A stretch of DNA of 54,366 nucleotides, the filler included, from Sphacelaria rigidula (Eukaryota): NCBI GenBank assembly GCA_964200075.2. It is 4 parts of 4 records of this genome, joined end to end, with 100 filler letters (N's around TTAATTAATTAA, not from the genome) between each part and the next. Parts side by side here need not be neighbours in the genome. Positions count along the whole stretch, not along the records: positions 1 to 13,517 come from CAXNAA020002832.1; positions 13,618 to 27,134 come from CAXNAA020002833.1; 2 more parts are not named here. One strand, written 5' to 3'. Shown piece by piece: positions 1 to 19,445 of this stretch. Both the position numbers and the translations under genes were made by a program. The notes beneath the pieces were generated by a model. The model ran no database searches. It was not told where the DNA came from and worked only from the letters and a program-made list of their open reading frames with translations. How positions within the stretch are numbered: position 1 is the first letter of the stretch; each line of letters starts with the position of its first letter.

Positions 1-29
1 CCCCGCCCCCCTGGGGGGGCCCGCCCCAC

Positions 30-356
30 CAGGGGGGGGGGGGGGGGGGGGCGTACTCATTCGTTGCTTGCCTTAGTCGTGTGAACATTGACCACGCATC
101 CCTCTCGAGACGGAGCACCGTTCCTACTGCGCGGGGGGGTGCATGACATACGGAATTCCAGTCTAGGGGTACCTCCGGCCTAGGGTCTCTTTTTTCCGTG
201 TGCAGCATATTATGCTACGCTCTTTTTCAGATTCCCCTTATCGAGAGTCCTTTGGCGAATTGCCTCCACCATTTACTGAGGGTATGTTTACCATCTGACC
301 AAGGCTGAATTCACGACGGATCATCACTCAATATGCGACTATCGATCAATCAGTCA
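30..356 (+). mobile_element. SINE-like retroposon with poly-G head and LINE-like (AATC)n 3' tail
   Basis: The 5' part (GGGGCGTACTCAT...CATTGACCACGCATCC) recurs at about 6425-6500 (-) and 42860-42945 (+), with related heads at about 3010-3055 (-), 9050-9120 (-) and 27060-27134 (+). The 3' end (TGACCAAGGCTGAAT...TGCGACTATCGATCAATCAGTCA) resembles the LINE tail at 18385-18465. Confidence 0.55.
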
Positions 357-1737
357 TTTATCATGTACTCCATTCATCTCATTGCGCACCATCAAACTTT
401 TTCTTCATGATGGCACAAATCAAGACTATGACTCTGCCGGAAGCCTGTAAGGTGGTGCGGCGAGCTGGGCGGCTTCTGGGTGAAATATAAAGCAGGTGTT
501 CATTCATGTATCTCTGAATAGAATGCATGCACCTGTGGTATTTTGCGTGCTTTGGCTACTCCGTCAACATATCCTAGATTTACACTCAAACAGAGGTAAG
601 TTTCCGAGTGAACGAACTAACGCTGAGAACCGAGGCAGCAGTCTACAACCTGCACACATTTGGACCCGAAGAGCAATAGCTTCCTGTGCCATGACACCCC
701 ATTTGCAAAAAAAGACTGGGAGTACGTGGTGGGAACAGAATGTCATCCTAATCTTCGTAACCGACATCCGGCAAAGGTACAAGGCCCGGACTTTCCGAAA
801 AATGACTCCGTTTACTCAATCGCCAATGGTCAGGAATTGGTGTACTTCTGTAACTGTCCCGAACAGCATCTGATCGGCATGTGCTTTCCCCACAACTCTG
901 AAAACAGATCGCCAAAAGGCAACGAAAGACACGTCATCTTCAATTCTCAATTAAGCTCCTACGAGGGGAGTCAACATCTTGTTCGGAGCTACACCCCCGA
1001 CCCTCTTTCCCCAGTCACTTGTTTGCAAGGCTTTTGTACTGGACATGGGTCGGGTTGTACAAACAGTCGATTCGCCGATTTGCGCGAGTGGGATTGAAAT
1101 CATGGACGTCCAGGGCAGTGGATAGCGCTGCCCAAGGTTTGTCAGCATTCTCATGTGTTCCTGAGTCGGCATGGGGGAGGAGGCGCCGCGGGGCGACTCG
1201 ATGGGTTCCACGCATGATTTGCTTCAGCCGTTTCGCCTTACCGTCATCGTGGGGGACACCTACCCGTTCTGCTCGAGAAATAGGTATATTCCGCAGGAGA
1301 GCCCTCGAGGGGCTCCTATTCTCTGAGCGTGGGCATGAATGACTTCAGGGATCCGCTTTGGCTATCATGTATTTGGGCCGACCTTCCCGCAACGCACAGA
1401 CTCCGGAAATGCTTCGTCGACACCCTCTATTTCCTCCCATTTTTCATTCGTTTTTGTACACGCTCAGAGAGTGAATACTCACTGTATACAGCAGTGAGTG
1501 ACTGAGTCAAAAGGGAACGACCCAGCTTCACGACATTCCAAACACAGAGCTTATGCTCAAAAGCATCAAATGATGAGGTGTACTCACCCTACGACCAAAC
1601 TGTCCACCAAACCCGAGTGCCGACTCCGGGTGCAGCCGCAGTCCCGAGAACAGGTCGACATCGCCACAACCCACCGACTCCCCACTACAAGTTTTCTCGT
1701 TGGAACAAATGCACAGAGCCAAAAAACACGCGAGGAT

Positions 1738-9394
<7,657 letters not shown>

Positions 9395-10261
9395 CTGACA
9401 TCAAATCACAGTGGATACGTGTGAGAGCTCGGGTGGTTGGGCATTCTGACAATAAACGTAGAGACGTGAAACGGGAGAATGCAAGCACGTTTACCATAGT
9501 ACAACTGCTGTGCCATTTATCCCTCTACAGTGGTGCCGGTACCGGTATGGCGTCAAAAATAGTCCGGAACGTGTCGCCCAGGCTTTGCATCTAGGGGGTG
9601 CTACGTGTCGCACGGCTCAGCACGCCGTTACAATGCACGTTGAAAATATTTAAGAAACGTCGACATTTTCATTATTTGCAACACTTTATACCACGAAGAG
9701 TTACAATACATCAAGTACGCTGATCTTGCCAGTGGTACAAGCTGGGCCGTCCCAGGAGCTCACTTCCCTTCGGCCCGTTCTAACTCACGATGTACCGCGA
9801 GTTGTGCTTACACTGACACATCGCGCTAATCGGCAAATAAACGCGCCTCTCCATCCATCTACGTGGCACTGCGATCCGACAAGTTCTCATCACAGTAAAT
9901 ACCAAACTGTAACCACCTTAGAAATTTAGAGAGTAGAGGGTGGCATGTGCGGCGGAATTAGAAACCAAAAGCCGGCTGAAAACGATTTTTCGGTTACAGT
10001 CGGTTGTGCGGCGGCCGCAAGTCATGGTGCCGCAAAAGTCGTGCTTGGAAAACAGTGCATGTTGTACTGTAGGCACGCAGTGTCAAAGATGGCACGCACA
10101 GGAGGCCCTCAGCGCGCCAAGGCGTCTGGTAGTAGTGTGCGAACGGGTGAGCAGGGTGAAGAAAGCTAGTAGAGAGCGCCAAAGTTTCGGCTGAGGTTGC
10201 TGTACTTTAACAGCAAGTCAGCCGGATTTCGACAGACACAAACGCGGTTGCGCTTTTCAAT

Positions 10262-10825
10262 TCCAAGTCGTTTTCCATACAAGTTCGACACGATATACAT
10301 GAGATATGTGCGAAGATCCTACTTTCGCTTCGCCGCTCTCTTTTTTCTTCGTGGGCTATCGGTGACACAGACTTCGGAACCCCTTTCTCGGCAATATATA
10401 TATATATATATATATAGGCAGGGGGGAAGGTAGGGTCTTCGCACACACCCCATGTATATCGTGTCAAAACTTTATGGAAAACGACGGGAATCGGATAGCG
10501 CAGCCGCGTCGCAAATATTCCTGTCCGCATCTTGGCTGGTCTGTTTCGACGAAAAAAAGGCTTTCATCAGAAAAACGCGATGAAACTGTTCAATTTTGGG
10601 TCGTTTTTTAAATGAAATTTCGACACACACCTATAGCACGCACACCTTCACGCCGTTGAACATCCCCATTCTCCCCCTTCATTTTTTTTGCTCTCCGGAA
10701 GTTAGCGGCCACGGAAAATTCAGAAAACTTTTTTAGGAACCGAATCGCGAATAACTCACCGAAACAAAAGGGTGGAAAGGTGACAAGTTAGAGTCTTCGC
10801 ACACACTTCATGTATGTCGTGTCAT
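10262..10825. repeat. Three copies of a ~60-bp repeat (one inverted) around an (AT)n microsatellite
   Basis: GTCTTCGCACACAC..CATGTAT.TCGTGTCA at about 10435 and 10793 (+), reverse complement at about 10268-10325; (AT)n at 10395-10415. Confidence 0.6.
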
Positions 10826-11620
10826 AGGCTCATAGAAAATGACTAAATATTGAGAAACATGATCGCGGTTCAATATTCCTGCTCGCATGTTCGGCCGCCC
10901 AGATTGTACCGCGTGCATGCGGCCAACAAACACAGCTCTGAACAGCTGAACGGTGTGGTGAAGGTGTGCGTGCTGTAGGTGGCGCGTGCCGGTGTGCAGG
11001 GTGTGGTTGGCGACTATAGTGTTTCGAGTTTGTGCCAGAAGTTTGCGGAATTTTTTCCCGTGGCCCTACAAGGTCTACTGAGCAGCACGAGCACAAGGTG
11101 GCAAACACACACACACAAACACAAAGCAACGCGAATGGAACTGCAGCGGCGAGAGTTTTCACCTACATAACCCTGCTACACGAACGGAAGCTCGTGTCGT
11201 TGACCGTTGGGGAAGGGAGGAATAAACTCGGTCGACTTCTGCGTCTTCGATACGCAGGAAAGAAAATAAACAAAACCGCCCGCTAAACCCCTCCACTTGT
11301 AACGCCCACCGTTCTACACTCCGCCCCCTTTTTTCTCAGTGCGGGGTTCGGAGTAGCTCTTCTTGGTCGAGGCACAACGTTTACATGGGAAGGTCGTTGC
11401 TACGCCCGTGCACGTTTCACAGAAACCACAGCGCTACGGTGGAGCACAGTCTGTAAGCAATTATTGGTGCACATGGCAGGCGGGGCCACCGTCACTGTCT
11501 TCGAACAAGTCAACAGTACAACAGCGATACAAGACAGTGATCGCGCTAACGTGTTATACATGCATGCGGTTAATTCATACAACTGAACTCGAACCATTTG
11601 TTGCAGAGCAGTACAGAATA

Positions 11621-11920
11621 AACAATGTTTTTGTGAGATTGAGAGTAGAGGATACGATTGAGAGTGAAAAGCGGTCAATCAGTGAATGAATCATTTCAGT
11701 TCCGAAATGCCCCTTCACGAGGCCCATTTTTCTTGCTGTAGCAGCTTGCCACTGAGGCGCTTGATATCATCAAGTAGAATATCGGCGTGTAGCTGTAAGC
11801 ACATGGCAATGATAGAGGCAAAGAAAAGCACACAAGGAATGAAACATTGGCTGAGTTGAAGCGAATGACCAAAGCCACTCTCAATCCGCGCTCCACTCTC
11901 AATCTCACCAAAACGTTGTT
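11621..11920. mobile_element. MITE, ~300 bp, ~30-bp terminal inverted repeats (copy 1)
   Basis: Starts AACAATGTTTTTGTGAGATTGAGAGTAGAG and ends CTCCACTCTCAATCTCACCAAAACGTTGTT; second copy at 28939-29243. Confidence 0.8.
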
Positions 11921-12751
11921 GATAGTAGTCAGCAGTATTCATGCCCAAGCCAGGGTCAGCTGCACTGCCGTCTCACAATTTTGGACAGTGCAAAGAGTAC
12001 AGTAGCAGCGATCGGGTCAGCGAATGTAAAGAAGTATATGCCTGTGGTCAACGCGCACAACTGAACTGCTTGTTGTGGACAAGCTCAAGGGTATAGCGCA
12101 TTTGGTGTGTGGGGGGGTGTATGTGCTGCAGGCGGGGCGTGCGGGCGTTGCTGGGATGTGTTCGATTTGGGCAGGGGATTTACGGAGTTTTCCCCATGTA
12201 ATCCCCAACAGCCGATTGAGCAAGACGAACGTACACATAGCTTGACACACACACATAAGGAACACACATGGGATCTCAGTAGTGAGCTTATCCTCAACAC
12301 ATACCTCAGCTTCCATCCGCAGCTGTTTGCTTCTGAGCCTGAGGTAGACACGGTCTACAAATCCCCAACCCACCCTTTCAACCATGAAGTTGGTTTACTA
12401 TAGTTTGTCTACCCAAATCTATGGTAGACAACTTTTGTAAATAACCCCACGGAACCCTAACCCTCAACCCCGATCAAGGTATACCGACAACCCTCGGGCA
12501 ACGGGGATGCAAATGGTGTCCTAGGCAAAGCGTGCGTTGGCAGACCTCAAATCCGCGCCTGCGACGCTGATTTGCAAAAACCGCGTTCTGCGCACGTCGG
12601 CACTCGGGACTGTTAGCCCCATCAAAGATCCGAATCTCGGTGTTCACACTCGAATCAGGTATATTTCAACAATGTGTTTGAGTAGACGAACTGGGCTAAA
12701 CTCTACTGCAATCAGGTTAGCCTGCTGCAATGCTATCGGGAAAAAATTATA

Positions 12752-13020
12752 CACGTCGGACGGGCACGAGTGTGACTCGTGGCACTCGCACTCGTTGGGC
12801 TGCTCGTTGTGGAAAAAAAATAGGGTGAGTACTCGAGTCATTGCTCGTTGTGGAAAAAAATAATAGGGCGAGCACTCGAGTCATTGCTCGTGATGAACGA
12901 CTTCAGTGGAGGAGTCAGCAATCCGACGAGCAAATAATTGAAATGAGCTCTTTGACGATCTTGAACCAAGAATATTCAGGTTCATATGCATATCTGCACA
13001 TGTACAAGTGTCAACCGCAT
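12752..13020 (+). mobile_element. End of a CAC-terminated DNA-transposon-like element with ~40-bp subterminal repeats
   Basis: CACGTCGGACGGGCACGAG..., repeats of GCTCGTTGTGGAAAAAAA(A)TAGGG.GAG.ACTCGAGTCATT; reverse-complement match to 25170-25655. Confidence 0.6.
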
Positions 13021-13319
13021 ACACAGCTATTCAAGTACTTGCCTGCGCGACTGGCGAAACTTGACGACTTGGATGTATCCATCGTCGCGGGAGCCAAAGA
13101 TGAGAGAGATGTAGTTCCGTCAGGGGCGGACACCCCAGGGGCCGGGGCGGGGGTAGAAGAAGCTAAAATATAGACACCTTGACAGACGTCCGTTGGTGTT
13201 TATTTTACTGAATGGCTTTGTTGTGGTGGACGGAGCCACGGTTGTCTCGTCCAGGTAGGTCTCTGCGCCCCCATTTTTCTTGCAGAGCCATGATCGATTT
13301 GAAAAGGGGTACGTGTTCC

Positions 13320-13490
13320 GCTTGAGCCCCATTTCCCCACGATCTTGTGTTTGCGATAGGTGTCCATTTGTGTTATTTTTTCGTAAAAATGATGTTGCAG
13401 GGGCCTTATTGATCAGTTAACTTGAAAATAACTCAAATGGACACCTGCCGCAAACAGACGATGGTGGGGAAGAGTGCCACAAGCATACTA
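13320..13490. repeat. Imperfect inverted repeat (MITE-like)
   Basis: TTCCCCACGATCTTGTGTTTGCGATAGGTGTCCATTTGTGTTATTTT pairs with AAAATAACTCAAATGGACACCTGCCGCAAACAGACGATGGTGGGGAA. Confidence 0.6.
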
Positions 13491-13517
13491 TCCAAAGGGG
13501 TTCGTACGATTTGTAGT

Positions 13518-13617
13518 NNNNNNNNNNNNNNNNNNNNNNNNNNNNNNNNNNNNNNNNNNNNTTAATTAATTAANNNNNNNNNNNNNNNNNNNNNNNNNNN
13601 NNNNNNNNNNNNNNNNN
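13518..13617. other. Artificial contig spacer (N44-TTAATTAATTAA-N44)
   Basis: 100-nt N run containing an all-frame stop linker. Confidence 0.97.
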
Positions 13618-14896
13618 TTTTTTTTAGGGGGCGGCCCCACCCCCGTGATTGAACGCGGGGCTGGTTTGGCGAATACCCCCCCCCCCCCCCCCCCCTCCCC
13701 TGAGCGCGAGGGGCCGCTTCCCATAGTTGACAAAAATAAGTGTCGTTCGAGTCTTTTTTCGTCTTTTGTCGTTTCACGCCCTAAACGAGAGCTAGGCGGC
13801 GTTTGACACCTTGGACTGACTTGCTCGACTCAATTGAGACGGTTCTCGGACATTTTCGCGCTGTCTGGTGGCCGCAGTTGTGATCCAAACAAACTTCAAT
13901 TTTTGTCGAAGAACGGCCAAATCTAGAAGAGACTACCATTTTCTCTGCACTTGATCGACGTGGATAAAAATGATTGTTTAGCCCAAGTAAAACGTGCGGC
14001 CATCGAAAAACGCGAATATGTCCTGAAACCACTACAACGAGTACAGCAAGTCACTCCCAGGTGTCAAATTCCCCCTAGCTCTCGCTCAGGGCGTGGAATG
14101 ACCAAGAAGGACCAACAGGCGTTTCACGTTCTTCAGGACTTTTTCATCTTCTACAAGGAGCGGCATGGAAATCTTGGGTCACATTTTCTTAATTTTTTTT
14201 TGGGACCTGTTGTTGGCGAATTTGACGACCTCACTACATATTTTTGGTCGCTCCGTCTCTTGCAGCGAGATGCAACGCCTCGAGGTCGTTCGATTGTGAC
14301 GTAGCACAATGCATGAATAACAGCATTTTTTACGATACTGTAGCAGAGTAAAAGTGCCCAGAATGGTTTCACCATTGTAGGTATTGCATGCACGCTACTA
14401 TGCAGTCGATATGGGCAAGCCGGAAATGAAAATTCCAAGTGTAGTACATGAGATCTCGGTCCATCAACTCCGTTCCAGCAATAGTAAATGACACAGTAAC
14501 AATATACGAAGACAGAAATGCGTCTCGTCCACGTTTTCTTGAGTGGACTCCGGGCCTCGATCACCCACACAGACTGGCTCCGAAAAGTACACCTGATCTG
14601 AGTTCGATCGACACCCCGGTCATCATGATGTGTTTCATTGACCTCAACTGTACGACTCAGGTTCCTCATTTAGCTAGTAATCATCTAATATCAAGTGGTT
14701 TGGTTCACCGATCCCCAGCGCAAGCAACGTGTCTCAGCTTTTGACACAGTACGCAGTCGAGGGCAAGTACCGCTTCAGCAAATGAGTTCGTGTATATGAG
14801 TTTCATGTAGGGTTTGGTGCATCGCCCCTCCCTCTCCTAGAGCGCCGATACTGGATAAAAATGGAGTGTGTGTGCTGTTCTTTCTTCGCATACCCA

Positions 14897-15045
14897 GACT
14901 GGTCGCCCCGGTGGCTCAGTTGGTAACCTCTACAGTAAAGCTTCTGACGGTTAGATCGTGTATTCAGATTTCGAATCTTGGTGAAGCCACACGATTCAAG
15001 ATTTTTCTCACACCATGCCCAACAGTGGAGAGCGACCATGTCGAG
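14897..15045 (+). mobile_element. tRNA-derived SINE family A, 5' fragment
   Basis: GGTCGCCCCGGTGGCTCAGTTGGTAACCTC...CCCAACAGTGGAGAGCG matches the copies at 23751 and 47939. Confidence 0.7.
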
Positions 15046-16341
15046 TTTGCAGCTGGTCACCATCGCCCTCCCGATTCAATCCAAAGTAACTGTCAGTACT
15101 GCTGTACCGCGATGAGCATCGACCACTCGAGCATCAACTTCGGACCGGTTCGTCCAGCTTGCATGAAGGGACCAGACGTCAACAATAACTAGTCGCTAAC
15201 AGTAATCTAGCTCGGTGCGGATCCATGCAGCTAAGCGCTACAGCACGGTAGACGATTTCTCTATCCCAAGACTTCTTCGCATATTGGGAGTGCTTTTACT
15301 TGACAGTATTCATGGGACTGACACGATGTAGCACAGGTTACCGCGAGCGAGGCATGAAATCCACATCGTACCCGACGTGTGCACGCCTGTTGCGGAATGC
15401 ATGATGGTTCGAACGTAACTCGTGACAAGGCGCTCATACCACATTTGCTTGCACCATCCTTACACGCGACGTGTGTAGCGTGTTAATACGGTGTGGTGTA
15501 GTACAGTACAGCAAACCACAGCACGGGAGGGTTGTACTCTCTGTTCGGATGCCTGCATGCGTACGTTGTGGCATCGTGAGCTACTGGACAACTAGTATAT
15601 TGCGCACTGTACTATTCGCGTTACTCTTTAAGCTGGCGTATGCGCGTCAACGCCAAAAACGTTGTTGGTCGCTCATGCAACCGCATCCTTCACTTCCGCG
15701 TTGTCCGAAAACCGACTTGCGAGTATTTCCCCATCGCGCCCGCGAAGCGCACATACACGGTATTTCGCTTGGCGGGCACGGCAGCGGCGTACCATCACGC
15801 CAACACGCAAGCTCCTCCTTCATGATCCATATGCAAGGCCGATTCTGGGTGCATGACTCGTTTGTGGTGACACATGTTTCGGAGTGCAATGCCGAAGTCA
15901 GGGTCACACTACTGTTCACTGTCGTGGTGACAGTCACAGTATAGTACGTTATTTACAATAAGAAATGAGTATCCATCTGTCGACGTGTTGATGTGCGTTC
16001 GTCAGGTCTTGGTCGATGGATGTGACATGTAAAATTGGATATCACAACACAAATCATACCAGAGTTGTATACCCATTACAGTCCGAGCTTATTATCGCGT
16101 CGCTTAAATATTCAAGAGTTCTGCTGGTTCTTCTACCATAACCACCGTCGAGCATCTCCTCTATGGGGTGATCATTGAACCCTTGGTTTATTCATGCACT
16201 GACTGTACGCACGGCAGCAAACATTCGTGCAGGTGTCGAAAAATCGAAGATCCCCGTAACAAACAGGCACCAACAGCAACCCCGCGTACTAGTACAGATA
16301 CACACACCGGCGCGCACAACCCACTCCTCTCCCAAACGTAC

Positions 16342-16578
16342 CTTCTTGTAAGGGTCGAAGTTGGTTTCACTCCACGGCGCAGAAGCGTCGTAGGTTGAGA
16401 GTACGTCCTTCTTGGCGTCGTCGTTCCACTCTTGGCCGTCGTACTTGCCGTTGCCGAACACACAGGTTGCCTGACGCTGCACGGTCGCGACACCGTTGAA
16501 CGAAGTGCGAGCGGGGAGTACGAATGCGCTTGCGCATGATGCGGCGGCGAGTGCACCTACGGCAATGGTAAACTTCAT
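16342..16578 (-). CDS. First exon of a small nucleus-encoded plastid-targeted protein of unknown function
   Basis: MKFTIAVGALAAASCASA-FVLPARTSF: signal peptide with ASAF cleavage motif, then a transit-like segment and GKYDGQEWNDDAKKDVLSTYDASAPWSETNFDPYKK|gtacgt donor. Confidence 0.85.
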
Positions 16579-18381
16579 TTTAATGTCGATTTGGTGATAG
16601 CTCAGGGTGTCTTCAACGTGCGTGTGCGATGTAGGAGCAGAGTGATGTAAAGGGGCGATGCGGGCGTGCGTGTGATCGTGTGAAATCTTGCATGAGTGCC
16701 CGTTTCCCTGTGAAGTGCGGCCTCATTACGGATATATGCTTTGCGGGACATACTGTACCCGTTGTCACATCTTCGTTCTTGATCGAGTTTTGAACGTTTG
16801 GCTCCAGCATGTGATGGTGAGGTGATTCAGCGGTGTACTGCACGTCATCTCTCGCGATATGAGCGAGAGTGTAAGCTTGACCTCTAGTCATAATGTTGTG
16901 GTATTATGCACTTCGTGCAGCCAATGAAGCCATGGGTCTCGCGCGATGTGTCGGTGCGGGCGTGCCCATCAACGACGCAAAGATACTGTCTGTGATCCGT
17001 TTTGTCTTTTGTGATGTCTTCGGTAAGATTGCGGTCTTTTCAAAACTCCGGTGAAGTTGCAGACGGGTGTTGAAAGACGAACACTTCGGTGGTCTGTAAC
17101 ATGAATGGTCATAGTGAATCGAATACAGCTGTTCACTCCTCCATGCGCTGGTGGTGGCCTGGTGGATATGCATGAATGCCGAGGTGTCGAGGCATCGGAT
17201 CTTGTCGGTGAGTCGGTGAGTCTGGATCGCCCACACGTCGGTTTCGTGTCGTTTCGCCCTCGAAGAGGAACAAATCTCAAGTGGCAAGTACCACCCCCCC
17301 AGAGGGTTGGAAATAATAAATAATATATATGTATATATATGTGGGTTATTCATACTTACAACAGTATACGATACTATTCATGCATGTAAGTAATGATGTA
17401 ATATTATTTGATAAAATAACATATGCATGATCGTCTTTCCTTGCATGGGTAGTGTTTCGCTCACGATAGGGTCACCTTGTATACCACCCCTGGAAAACCG
17501 AGACACGGCGGAGCCAACAGCCTCGATAATGCAGATTGTCACTATTCAGAGGGTATTATATCATACAGTACTAAACATAGGGTGTGCACTTGTTTCTCTT
17601 CCGAAGATCCCATACAAAAACGTAGATGATTAGAAAATTACATTTGGGCTGTGATATACTGAACAGTAGTGTGCTCGCTTTTTCGGAGTTAGAACATGAC
17701 AAAATAGACGGGGCATAAACAACAGTTTGGCCGATGGGTGCAACTTACTGCAGCCGCCAGCATAGAAGTTGCAGCCGATCAGGGACCGCAAGGAGTGAGG
17801 GGGGCCAACTGTACCAGGTGAGCAAGCATCTGAGCAAGTGGAATCTCCTTATTTCATCCGGTGAGTGGCAAGATCGATGCCCCCAGCGGCAGGTGTGCAC
17901 TCTAGTTACAGCAGTCGGCACCCGCATGTCCCCGCCGAGAAGCGAGTGCATCCGAGATCCTTCAATCAATCGTCTGCGCAGCCTACCCCGTTTCGTTCAG
18001 CATGTAGTTGGCCGATGCTGTGCAAATTCTGGGTTCAATCGACTCGTGCATTGTCAAGAACGGTGTATAATCTTGACTTCAACTCCTCCAGGATCCCGCG
18101 GCATCATCCACGACCCTTCCAAACGGTGAAACGATACCTCATTTTCGCTAATTCGCAGGCACGAGAAGTGCAACCGTATCGTGCTGCGTTTGTGTGATGC
18201 AATGTGAGTGTACTATTTTTGCAATATTCATGTCCTTGTGGACTATCATGTATATGTGTTGTATCGCTGTCCGCCTATGTAGTGCTACTGCAGTGTACTG
18301 TCATGTTCTGTACTGTACTGTACTGATGTAACACAGGTGCTTCACCAAACGTGGAGAGCAATCGCCAAAATACCGGTATAT

Positions 18382-19445
18382 ATTGATTTTGATTGATTGA
18401 TTGATTGATTGTCGCACTTTAACTGACCCGCCAGGGATTCAGCCGTGGTCACATAATAGACGCAGCCAAGGAAAACAAAACTGGAACCCTCGCTGAAGAA
18501 AAAGAATGAACATAAAAAGTCAAACAGAACGGCACAGGAGAAGACGTGAAAAAACAAGAAAAAACACATAAAGTCATTAAAAACAAAGAACAGAAAGAAA
18601 TGACCGATCTAAAGAAAAAAGAAGAGCGGAATAGGCCAGGGGGTTCAGGACAACAGAGTAGATACAGAAACACACCAGTGGCCACCGCAGAGCCACCGAC
18701 TAAGGACATAATCAACAACCGACATGAGCCGAGATAATTTTTCGATTGGCGGCCCTCGACGCAGCAGCCTCTCTCGTTTGTGACGGCCGTCTGATTCTCG
18801 TTTGTCCACGCGTCGCCACGTGTCCTCGAACTCTTCCGCTCATTTTTCGACTCCAGTATACCATTTGCCCATGGTCTTCGCTGCAGTGACCCAACCGTAT
18901 GCATCGTTAACCTCTACACCGTAGACAACCATTTCCGTCGGGCTCCTTCGTGCGGGACAGCCCGTAATGCACGTGTGTTCTCCTGGAGGGAATCCGCCCA
19001 TTGCTTGGGGGGGCGGCCGGCGTCCTTGGGCCCTCGTTTGATTAGCCGACCGTTCATGACGCGCTTAGGAAGGCGTGTTTCCTTCTGCCGGACAAGGGCT
19101 CCCGCGAACCAGAGTAGACGTTTGCGGATAGTAGTCTCTATACGTTCGCAGTTGGTCATCTCGATCATCGCTCTGTACGAAAGAGTCTTGTAGCCATTTC
19201 GATATTTCCTGCGGAATCCAATCACTCGCAGCAGGATTTTGTCATGGGCGGTCCGCAGACTGTCGAAGTCCTCAGAACGTAGCGTACATGTGGTACACTC
19301 ATACAACAAAGTATCTACCACTTCCGCTTTAAGCAGGCGTACTTTCAAGGATAGCTCGGTGTTGGGTCGGTCACAGAGTTGGGAGATATATTTTCGGATA
19401 CGCGCTCACGCCGCGCTGATACGGCGGTTAATTTCGATGGACATC
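18382..19445 (-). mobile_element. 5'-truncated RTE-like non-LTR retrotransposon (ORF2 C-terminus, pyrimidine-rich 3'UTR, (AATC)n tail)
   Basis: EINRRISAA*AR...LKVRLLKAEVVDTLLYECTT...IRKRLLWFAGALVRQKETRLPKRVM...GRPPKQWAD is typical of the RTE-clade post-RT region; internal stop; (GATT)n on + strand at 18391-18410. Confidence 0.85.

Noticed and set aside
496..1342. Overlapping ORFs downstream of DIM1
   Set aside because: No recognisable domain in any frame and no consistent splice pattern.
12180..12345. Possible minus-strand exons (LRSKQLRMEAE|gt; ...DYMGKTP*)
   Set aside because: Too short and no homology recognised; cannot be linked across the spacer to the plastid-protein gene.
12451..12472. 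Telomeric repeat (AACCCTAACCCTCAACCC)
   Set aside because: Only 2-3 degenerate units.
13562..13573. TTAATTAATTAA recurring every ~13.6 kb as a biological motif
   Set aside because: Embedded in N runs; a standard all-frame stop linker used to concatenate contigs.
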